64,000 bases of DNA from an uncultured Clostridia bacterium (GTDB lineage Bacteria; Bacillota; Clostridia; TANB77; CAG-508): the NCBI GenBank assembly GCA_944386695.1, contig CALXCB010000001.1:70620-134619 (forward strand), given 5' to 3'. The notes below the pieces were generated by a model. That model did not search any database and was not told the origin of the DNA. It saw only the letters and a program-made list of their open reading frames with translations. A program made the translations under genes and the position numbers. This document shows, in pieces, positions 9,829-18,986 of this stretch; positions within the stretch are counted from its first letter, which is position 1; the number at the start of each line of letters is the position of its first letter.

Positions 9829-11208
9829 TTAATTTTTATTTGTATTTTTTACTTTATTTATTAATTTGTATAGTTTTCCATTTTTTATAGCTATAAGTTC
9901 TTCTTTATATTTTTTATATTGTTCTATAATATTATTTAAATTTTCATTTGTTTTTCTTAAATTTTCTATTTCTGTATCTTTTGATTCAGTTTGCTCTTTA
10001 AAGTATTCTCTTTCTTTCCATATGCTATTGTTTTCTTGTTTTAATTTGTTTATCTTTTCTGATATTTTGTTTATTTCTAAATATATATCATCATAATTTA
10101 TATCAATTTTAATTCCATTTTCTTGTATCATATAAACATTATTATTAATATCTGTTTCTGCTACAATCTTATTATAATTTTCTTCTGTGATTCTTTCTAT
10201 TTCTGCTTTTGACAAACTTAGTAATTCTGTTACCTGTTCTTCTAATGTTAAACTTTCTAAATTATTACCAGAAAAATTGTCTTCTAATGCCAAGTTTATA
10301 TTCTCAGGCTTTACAATACCCTTTAAATTTTCATAACCACTTATAACAACAATCCTTTTTATTGCTATTGCTTCTAATACACATCTATTAATTCCAAGCA
10401 CAACATCATTTTCATTAACAATACTTACAACATCACTTGTTGCACCTTTATATTCTATATTGTATTTTTCTTTTTTACTATTGACTAATTCAATTAATTC
10501 ATCTACTTTATCTCCATCACCAATTATTGTAAGTTTAGTTGCAAATGCAACTTTGTCTGAATATGCACAAAACAAGTCTATTGAGTTTTTTACAGAAGTA
10601 AATTTTTCATGTGCTATTCTACTGACAATTACAAAATTTTCTGGTAAATTTTTTTGTATTTTTTTATTACATTTATATATATCAAAATTAATGCTGTTTT
10701 TTATAACTAAATATTTACTCTCATCAATTCCAAAACGTTTTTGATTATATTTTTTTACATTTTCTGATATACAAATTATTTTATAAGCATTTTTAAAAAA
10801 TAATTTTAAAGATAGTTCATATATATTAAAATTGTCTATAAACCAATCATATATCTCTGGTAATTCATCATGTATATAAACTACATATGGTACTTTTACT
10901 TTACTACATACCATTAGCATTAATGGCACACAAATTATCTTATGCACATATATCTCATCTATATTTTTTTCTTTAATAATTGTAACTATTTTGTCAACAC
11001 TTTTAGTATCAAATGTATTTTCCACTTTAAAATTATAATATATACATTCAATTCCACTTTCTTCTATTTTTTGCTTATATTCTCCTTCACCTGACAATAT
11101 ATATACATTGTTGCCTTTTCCTTTTAATGCAACTGATTGATTAAAAACTACTGTTTCTACTCCACCTGTACCTAAGTTTTCAGTACATATTAATATATTT
11201 TTTGACAT
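9829..11208 (-). CDS. GT4-type glycosyltransferase with C-terminal coiled-coil tail
   Basis: N-terminal GTGGVETVV GT-B motif. The last ~90 aa are heptad-like and Lys/Glu/Asn-rich. Confidence 0.6.
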   Translation of the reverse strand: MSKNILICTENLGTGGVETVVFNQSVALKGKGNNVYILSGEGEYKQKIEESGIECIYYNFKVENTFDTKSVDKIVTIIKEKNIDEIYVHKIICVPLMLMVCSKVKVPYVVYIHDELPEIYDWFIDNFNIYELSLKLFFKNAYKIICISENVKKYNQKRFGIDESKYLVIKNSINFDIYKCNKKIQKNLPENFVIVSRIAHEKFTSVKNSIDLFCAYSDKVAFATKLTIIGDGDKVDELIELVNSKKEKYNIEYKGATSDVVSIVNENDVVLGINRCVLEAIAIKRIVVISGYENLKGIVKPENINLALEDNFSGNNLESLTLEEQVTELLSLSKAEIERITEENYNKIVAETDINNNVYMIQENGIKIDINYDDIYLEINKISEKINKLKQENNSIWKEREYFKEQTESKDTEIENLRKTNENLNNIIEQYKKYKEELIAIKNGKLYKLINKVKNTNKN

Positions 11209-11248
11209 AATAAACTCCTTTTATCTTCAAATTTACTTTTACTTATGC

Positions 11249-13711
11249 CTATTTTTTCTTTTTTCTAATTATCTTATTAAATGTATTTCCTATTTTATTT
11301 GTATATCTCCACCTTTTGCTACTATAAATTTTTTCAAGTTCTTGTCTTAATTTTTGTTTTTCTTTTTCGTCTTCTTGTATTTTTTCATCTTTTCTTCTTA
11401 TTTGATCTAAGAAAAACTCTTTTGCCTCAACAAGTTCATTTACCCATCCATTTAAGTCTTGTATTTGTTCATAAAGTTTTTCTTGTTCATTTGAATCTAC
11501 CCCACTTGACTTTAGGGCTTCTATATATGTTGATATTTCATGGCTTTCTATTAGTTTAAAAAAATTATCCTTATTTTTTGTATATCTAGTAGATGTTACT
11601 AGCATTGGATTACCTTTACTAATGTCTTCAAGTGACACTTTTTCATATTTTATATTTGCTTTTAGTTCTTCAAAAATGTCTTTACCTTTTGCAGAGTTAA
11701 TTACAATTGCCGAAACACCTTTATCGTCATCTATTTCTGGTAAAGTACTTTCTATCCCCCAGAAATCTCCAATAATTATATCTGCTGTACTTTTTTCACC
11801 ATACTTCATCTGGCAATTGTAACAACATTCTCTTAAAAAGTAATCTTTCAAATATCCACTCATATATATGTCTTTTGAAGCTGGAACTACTTCTTTTTTT
11901 CCATTGTCATACTCATATTCGATGTTATAATTGTGCCATCCTAATTGTTTATTTCTAAAATTAATCTTCTTCAATTTACTTGAATTTTTTTTCTCTTTTT
12001 CTTCTATATATTTTTTAAAGATTTCTGGACTTGGTACTCCATGACATATAATTGATACACAGGTTAGATTGTTATAATCTTTATTTAAGTATGATCTTAG
12101 TCCTTCAATTTGGCAAGGTGTTCCTGTAAATAAAACTTGTTTTTGGTCATCTAAATCTTGTTTTACATTTTTTAATGTATGCCCAATTTCACTTTGTACA
12201 TATTTAGAACCCATTATTTTATATAATTCTTTTTCATTATCTATTCTAATATTTTTTGCTTGCTTTTCTTCAAGAGCTACCCCATAGACTACACCTTTCT
12301 TTTTTAATGTTGTTTTTGCAATCAATGATACCATTCCTCCTGATGAGCTTTTTATTCTATCTTTTTCCTCTAAATTAAATGCTGCATAATATTCTGGAGC
12401 GTTATATTCATTTTTATAATATTTATTTGAAGGGCAAACTTTTTTACATAAATTACATCCTATGCATTTTTCTTTGTTTATTTTGGTATACTCAAATCCA
12501 TCTTTACTTTTTATTATTTCTATTGCATCATTTGGACAAATGTTTAAACATGCCATACAGCCTGTACATTTATACTTATCTGTTATATATTTTTCGTCTA
12601 AATACTCTATTTTTTCTAATAAGGCATTTATGAGATTATTGGATTTTTCTTGTATTGAAGGTATTTTTTCTTGTAAAATTTTAATTATTTGCTTTTCATT
12701 TTCTTGTATATATTTAAATTTATTAAGTAATAATTCTGGTGTCATTTTGTCTACTGGTATAACAAAATTTTCATAATCTCCAAACAAGTCTAAAGCTATT
12801 CCTTTTGATTTTACACTATAGCCTATTACAAGTGTTGGAACAAGACTTGAATATGCTGCTATACTTGCATGAGTTCTTGCTGCAATAAAAAAACTACAAT
12901 TTGAAATTATAAATTTTAATTCCTCACAATCATAAATTTTTTCATTTAGTAATTCTATTCTTGGTTCTTGCTTGTAAATATCTTTTATCATTTTTAAGGA
13001 GTCTAAGTCATTATTTCCTTCAATATATACATGTGGTATTAGTGCAATATTAAGGTCTGTCTCTTTTAATATATAATTTATTAATTCTTTTAAACTTTCT
13101 AAAATATTATTTTTATTATCTGTAAATTTAGAAATTAATGGACTTACATTTATTCCTATTACTTTTTTTCCTTTTTTAAAAATATTAGGTAATTTTACTT
13201 CTTTTTTTCCTAAAGAAAATGCTGTATCTGGTAATAATAATACATGCTCCTTGTCTACATATTGGGTTACTGCTTTATAACTTAAAGATTCTCTTACTAC
13301 TATTACATCATATGTTCTTAGATCTTTTATCATTTCGTCTGATTCAATTTCTTCATAAAGTGATGCACACCATAATACATTTTTTTTGTTTTTAGCTTTT
13401 ATGTTTTTATTTATTTCATAAAGCCATTTTGGCTCTCCATAACAGTAATTGTCTCCCCCTACAGACAAACATATATCTGTAATTTCTTCTTTTAAAGCGT
13501 CATTATTTTCAAAAGATTGTTTTACATATTTTGTTATTATATTATTATAGTATTTTGAGTCATATTCTATGTCATTTGTTGCAAGAGTTATATTACCTTC
13601 ACAGCTATTTTTTATTTTATGGATAGTTGTGCTAACTATTGCTTCACAACCTCTATTTAAAAATGAACCTTCTCCATATAATAAAAAATTTAATTTTTTC
13701 TTTTCTTTCAT
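11249..13711 (-). CDS. Fusion protein: polysaccharide pyruvyltransferase domain, then 2x[4Fe-4S] / F420-hydrogenase-beta-like domain, then coiled-coil tail
   Basis: N-terminal ~370 aa are pyruvyltransferase-like (GEGSFLNRGCEAI..ARTHASIAA). The middle has CTGCMACLNICP and CIGCNLCKKVCP ferredoxin motifs and GTPCQIEGL..ICHGVPSP, strongly paralogous to 50733..51905. Coiled-coil C-terminus. Confidence 0.75.
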   Translation of the reverse strand: MKEKKKLNFLLYGEGSFLNRGCEAIVSTTIHKIKNSCEGNITLATNDIEYDSKYYNNIITKYVKQSFENNDALKEEITDICLSVGGDNYCYGEPKWLYEINKNIKAKNKKNVLWCASLYEEIESDEMIKDLRTYDVIVVRESLSYKAVTQYVDKEHVLLLPDTAFSLGKKEVKLPNIFKKGKKVIGINVSPLISKFTDNKNNILESLKELINYILKETDLNIALIPHVYIEGNNDLDSLKMIKDIYKQEPRIELLNEKIYDCEELKFIISNCSFFIAARTHASIAAYSSLVPTLVIGYSVKSKGIALDLFGDYENFVIPVDKMTPELLLNKFKYIQENEKQIIKILQEKIPSIQEKSNNLINALLEKIEYLDEKYITDKYKCTGCMACLNICPNDAIEIIKSKDGFEYTKINKEKCIGCNLCKKVCPSNKYYKNEYNAPEYYAAFNLEEKDRIKSSSGGMVSLIAKTTLKKKGVVYGVALEEKQAKNIRIDNEKELYKIMGSKYVQSEIGHTLKNVKQDLDDQKQVLFTGTPCQIEGLRSYLNKDYNNLTCVSIICHGVPSPEIFKKYIEEKEKKNSSKLKKINFRNKQLGWHNYNIEYEYDNGKKEVVPASKDIYMSGYLKDYFLRECCYNCQMKYGEKSTADIIIGDFWGIESTLPEIDDDKGVSAIVINSAKGKDIFEELKANIKYEKVSLEDISKGNPMLVTSTRYTKNKDNFFKLIESHEISTYIEALKSSGVDSNEQEKLYEQIQDLNGWVNELVEAKEFFLDQIRRKDEKIQEDEKEKQKLRQELEKIYSSKRWRYTNKIGNTFNKIIRKKKK

Positions 13712-13728
13712 TCGGAAAATTCCTCCTA

Positions 13729-14733
13729 TTAGTTTTTATATATTTGTTTTATTTTTTGCCTAATGTAATTTATATTCCAGTTTCTTAATTTATACTTTAT
13801 ATGTTCTTTACTAAAATGTCTAAACCTATATTTTAGATTTTCTTTACTAAAAAATCTAAGCTTATATTTTATATGTTCTTTACTAAAGTTCCTAAATTTA
13901 TACTTAAAAAATTCTTTTTCTATTTTATCATATTTTTCTTTTACAATATTAAGATACTGCTTTTTTTCTTCTTTATCTTCAACAATTTTATTAATTGTTT
14001 TGTTTAAAATTTTTCTAAAATTTCGTTGTTTTAATAAAAATGCTAACTCTCCTTGCTTTTTATGTGAATGACTATTTTCTCTTACCAAATAATTGTATAC
14101 TACTTTATTTATATATCCTGTTTTACTTTTATAAACTGCTGGTAAAATCATTTGCCAATTTTGCCCTGCTTTGTTTACATATATATCTCTTCCCTTGTTT
14201 ACTTTAAAAAATTGTTCTGTTCTAATCATTATGACTCCACAAAAACAGTATATATCTTCTTCTTTTATATAGTTTAAAAATAAATCTGTATTTTCAGGAT
14301 TTTTACTTTTTCTTATTTCTATTATATCTTTTGTGGCATTATCTTTTCTAAATGCTACTTCTCCTCTTACCGCGTTATAATCAGGATTTTCTTTTAAAAA
14401 ATCTACCATCATTTCAATTGAGTTTTCTTCGAAATAGTCATCTGAATCTGGCCATATTAAAAATTCTCCATCTACTAATTTTACTCCTTTATTAAGTGCT
14501 TTAGCTATTCCTCCATTTTTTTGTTTCACATATTTTAGTTTTATATTTTTATTTTTTAAAATTTCTCTATATTTTTCTACTACTTTTTCTGTATTATCTG
14601 TTGATCCATCATTTATACATATGAATTCCATATATGAATAAGTTTGATTTACAATAGAATTTAATAAATTTGCTATATATTTTTCTCCATTATAACATGG
14701 TGTCATAATTGTTACTAAGTTTTTCTTCACCAT
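13729..14733 (-). CDS. GT2 glycosyltransferase with a repetitive C-terminal tail
   Basis: IMTPCYNGEKYI..INDGSTD..PDSDD motifs. C-terminus carries 12-aa repeats of the type F-S-K-E-H-I-K-Y-K-L-R. Confidence 0.8.
   Translation of the reverse strand: MVKKNLVTIMTPCYNGEKYIANLLNSIVNQTYSYMEFICINDGSTDNTEKVVEKYREILKNKNIKLKYVKQKNGGIAKALNKGVKLVDGEFLIWPDSDDYFEENSIEMMVDFLKENPDYNAVRGEVAFRKDNATKDIIEIRKSKNPENTDLFLNYIKEEDIYCFCGVIMIRTEQFFKVNKGRDIYVNKAGQNWQMILPAVYKSKTGYINKVVYNYLVRENSHSHKKQGELAFLLKQRNFRKILNKTINKIVEDKEEKKQYLNIVKEKYDKIEKEFFKYKFRNFSKEHIKYKLRFFSKENLKYRFRHFSKEHIKYKLRNWNINYIRQKIKQIYKN
13770..13925 (-). repeat. About 3.5 tandem copies of a 36-nt (12-codon) repeat inside the GT2 3' end
   Basis: Peptide units FKYKFRNFSKEH / IKYKLRFFSKEN / LKYRFRHFSKEH / IKYKLRNWNINY. 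The corresponding DNA units are visible at 13781-13920. Confidence 0.7.
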
Positions 14734-14850
14734 ATACTCCTTTTCGTATGTTTTTTACATTTTTTTTATTTTTCAATAATATATTTTCTAATTTTTATCT
14801 TTTCAAATTCTATTTTTTTGTTGTTTACTCATAACTTTGCTACATTTGTT

Positions 14851-14879
14851 ATTTTACTATATAAACCCAAAATTAGCAA
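14851..14879 (-). promoter_or_regulatory. Putative sigma-A promoter of the glycopolymer operon
   Basis: Minus strand reads TTGCTA, 17 nt, TAAAAT, about 115 nt upstream of the ATG at 14733. Confidence 0.4.
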
Positions 14880-14899
14880 GTGTAATTTAAAACAAAATT

Positions 14900-14940
14900 A
14901 GACCGGCTCTTTTGGAATAAAAGTTCCAAAAAACCGGTCT
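14900..14940 (-). terminator. GC-core hairpin, likely intrinsic terminator
   Basis: agaccggctcttttggaa ... ttccaaaaaaccggtct forms an imperfect stem, followed by a T-rich tract on the minus strand. Confidence 0.5.
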
Positions 14941-15169
14941 TGATAAGTTTTATTAAGTTTACATTGCATAATATTTTTACATATTGTTAAATTCTTATTG
15001 TGAACTGCTGTTTGCTGTAAGGCTGACCATAGGTTTCACACCTATGACCAACCTTCGTATAAACTAGTATGTACCTTTTTGTCTAGCAATCACTATGTTG
15101 ATATGGCTCAAACTCCCATCTCCCTGTTCTTGCTTGGGTGTCAGGATACAGTGGTTCAGGATACGCACA

Positions 15170-15706
15170 TTACTTTATGTAAAGCGCAGAGCGACAACCA
15201 CCGTAGCTGAAGCTGTAGGTCGGACTGTAGTAGGTGCGGTAGCTGGCTGGATAGTCGCTGCCATTGAAGTTGCAGTAGCCACCACGTAAGACCCTGTATT
15301 TGGTAGAGTAGGCCTCTAGGGTCCAGTCCATTCTGTTTCCTGCTAGGTCATAGATATTATTTGCCTTTGTGTACTCTGCACTTCCCGTTGGAATCTTCGT
15401 ACCCGAACCTTCGTTCTTCGTACTCGTTCCTCCACTTGTTGTTCTATACTCGAATGTTGCATCTGTATAATTTCCCCAGTCACTTGAATCATCATTTATA
15501 TCACTCTCTGTTATTTCTCTCGTCCCTCCTTCTCCATCTTGGATTTGTGCTCCTGTTTCTAATAACCATTGTAATGTTTCGTCCCATAAGCTTCCCCAGA
15601 TCATTCCGGTTTCTATGTTTTCTTTCTCTCCTTCCAAATTTTTACTTAGCTCATACATTTCATACCATGTTGCATAATTTATATCTTCATTCTTCATTAC
15701 CCCCAA
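15170..15706 (-). CDS. FGE-sulfatase / C-type-lectin-fold protein fragment with a DGR-variable-region-like C-terminus. Possibly a 5'-truncated remnant.
   Basis: WYEMYELSKNL..IWGSLWDETLQWL..NIYDLAGNRMDWTLE..YRVLRGGY matches the C-terminal half of the FGE/CLec fold. GC is far above the flanks. The start is TTG or a poorly spaced ATG with no good RBS. Confidence 0.55.
   Translation of the reverse strand: MGVMKNEDINYATWYEMYELSKNLEGEKENIETGMIWGSLWDETLQWLLETGAQIQDGEGGTREITESDINDDSSDWGNYTDATFEYRTTSGGTSTKNEGSGTKIPTGSAEYTKANNIYDLAGNRMDWTLEAYSTKYRVLRGGYCNFNGSDYPASYRTYYSPTYSFSYGGCRSALYIK
15191..15280 (-). other. DGR variable-region-like segment (NNC/NNY codon run)
   Basis: In 30 consecutive codons, 28 end in a pyrimidine and 22 end in C (TAC TGC AAC TTC AAT GGC AGC GAC TAT ... 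TAC AGC TTC AGC TAC GGT GGT TGT CGC). Followed by the GC-rich GGTGGTTGTCGCTCTGCGC. Confidence 0.5.
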
Positions 15707-15873
15707 AAAAATTACTCATTTATTATAACTTCTAGTTTTTTTACATATTCTTTATAATATTATCATATTTTATTTGTATAGTTTTATTATATATTAACTA
15801 TTTTCATTTTTCAATAGATTTGCTAGATTTGTAATACTTGTAATAAAACTGTAACTTTTTTGTAATATAGCTA

Positions 15874-15918
15874 AAAAACAGTTCTCGTTGAGCATTTGCC
15901 CAAGTGAGAACTGTTTTT
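15874..15918 (-). terminator. groEL intrinsic terminator
   Basis: aaaaacagttctc ... gagaactgttttt hairpin immediately downstream of the groEL stop. Confidence 0.75.
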
Positions 15919-15931
15919 AATTTTATATATA

Positions 15932-17575
<1,644 letters not shown>

Positions 17576-17618
17576 TTCTCTCCTCTCTTTTTGGAAATTT
17601 TTAATTTTTCCTTTTTAA

Positions 17619-17947
<329 letters not shown>

Positions 17948-17948
17948 T

Positions 17949-17977
17949 AATATATACCTTATTTTAGCAAATGTCAA
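17949..17977 (-). promoter_or_regulatory. groESL sigma-A promoter
   Basis: Minus strand reads TTGACA, 17 nt, TATATT, directly upstream of CIRCE. Confidence 0.65.
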
Positions 17978-17990
17978 TAGATTTTGCTAA
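17964..17990. promoter_or_regulatory. Second CIRCE-like inverted repeat overlapping the -35 box
   Basis: TTAGCAAA-N11-TTTGCTAA with perfect 8-bp arms that share the TTAGCA/TGCTAA ends of CIRCE. Confidence 0.4.
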
Positions 17991-18089
17991 TTTTTTTTAA
18001 TTATTTTCCCCTTACATAAAAGATCAGCATTTGTGAGAAATGCCGATCTTTTATTTTTTATCACCTATATGTTTCTCTATAAGTTTTAT

Positions 18090-18899
18090 TTATATTCTTG
18101 TAAAAAATAAACCTATTACAATTATTCCAATAATAACTCTATATATTGCAAATATTTTAAAACTTCCCTTTTTTAAATAATTTAATAGAAATTTTATAAT
18201 CAAAACCCCTACAATAAAACTTGATAGTACTCCAATTATAAAAGGTAATCCAAATGTAAATTTATTTAAATCAAATATTACCGCAGCTAAAGTTATTGGT
18301 GCTGCTAACATAAATGAATATTTAGCTGCCGCTTCTCTTTCCACATTAAGCCATCTTGCAACTGTCATTGTTATACCAGAACGAGAAACACCTGGAAAAG
18401 CTGCTGCAATTGCTTGAGACATTCCTATTAACATTGATTGTTTTAATGTTATATCTTTATATTTTACTGTTGATTTTGCTTTTTTATCGACAACATACAA
18501 AATTATTCCCATTACAATTAAGGTTATTGCTATAACTAGCATTTCTACATTTAAATTGTCTCCGACTATTATTTCAGAGATCTTATCTAATACTAAACTT
18601 AATATTCCTGCTGGAATTGTAGCAAAAACTATGTACCAAAACATTCTACCATTAACTGTATTTTTTTTCTTAACAACTTGGTTATATCCACCTTTTATTA
18701 ATTTGATCCAATCTTTATAAAAGAAAAGTACTATTGCCAATAATGTGCCTAAATGTAAAGCCACATCGAATGAATCTGAAATTTTATCCCATCCAAATAC
18801 CCATGGGAATAAATTTAAATGTGCTGAACTTGAAACTGGTAAGAATTCAGTTAAACCTTGAACTATTCCTAAAATTAGTGCTTGCATTGTATCTGTCAT
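18090..18899 (-). CDS. uppP: Undecaprenyl-diphosphate phosphatase
   Basis: GIVQGLTEFLPVSSSAHL and PGVSRSG motifs, 8 TM segments. Confidence 0.93.
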   Translation of the reverse strand: MTDTMQALILGIVQGLTEFLPVSSSAHLNLFPWVFGWDKISDSFDVALHLGTLLAIVLFFYKDWIKLIKGGYNQVVKKKNTVNGRMFWYIVFATIPAGILSLVLDKISEIIVGDNLNVEMLVIAITLIVMGIILYVVDKKAKSTVKYKDITLKQSMLIGMSQAIAAAFPGVSRSGITMTVARWLNVEREAAAKYSFMLAAPITLAAVIFDLNKFTFGLPFIIGVLSSFIVGVLIIKFLLNYLKKGSFKIFAIYRVIIGIIVIGLFFTRI

Positions 18900-18986
18900 T
18901 TTATCACCATTCCTTTTTATTATTTTATTATTATTTTTTCTAAATATGAATACTTAATCTATCTCTGATTGTTATGTCATTTGTTA

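Noticed and set aside
11249-13711. Checked whether the 820-aa pyruvyltransferase/Fe-S ORF is an artefactual fusion caused by a lost stop or a frameshift.
   Set aside because: The ORF is one continuous frame with a natural-looking linker between the domains (..EKIEYLDEKYITDKYKCTGC..) and no overlap or frame change.
15040-15110. Considered a group II intron domain V, SRP RNA or tRNA-like element in the same GC-rich stretch (GAGCCATAT.., CTGTTTGCTG.., GUGAA-loop hairpin).
   Set aside because: Only short partial resemblances were found. The complementary arm of domain V, the SRP GGAA/AGCA motifs and a T-arm GGTTCGAATCC are all absent, and there is no RT ORF nearby.
14941-15169. Considered whether the GC-rich stretch downstream of the VR-like gene is the DGR template repeat.
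   Set aside because: It has no recognisable similarity to the VR segment (15191-15280) and contains no AAC-rich run. No GTTGTTGTT or AACAACAAC tract of template type was seen anywhere in the window.
15821-15880. Recurring TGTAAT/TGTAAC-rich tracts (also at 28120-28200 and 47215-47260) considered as a shared regulatory motif.
   Set aside because: The motif is short and AT-rich in a ~25% GC genome, spacing and orientation are inconsistent, and chance is a sufficient explanation.
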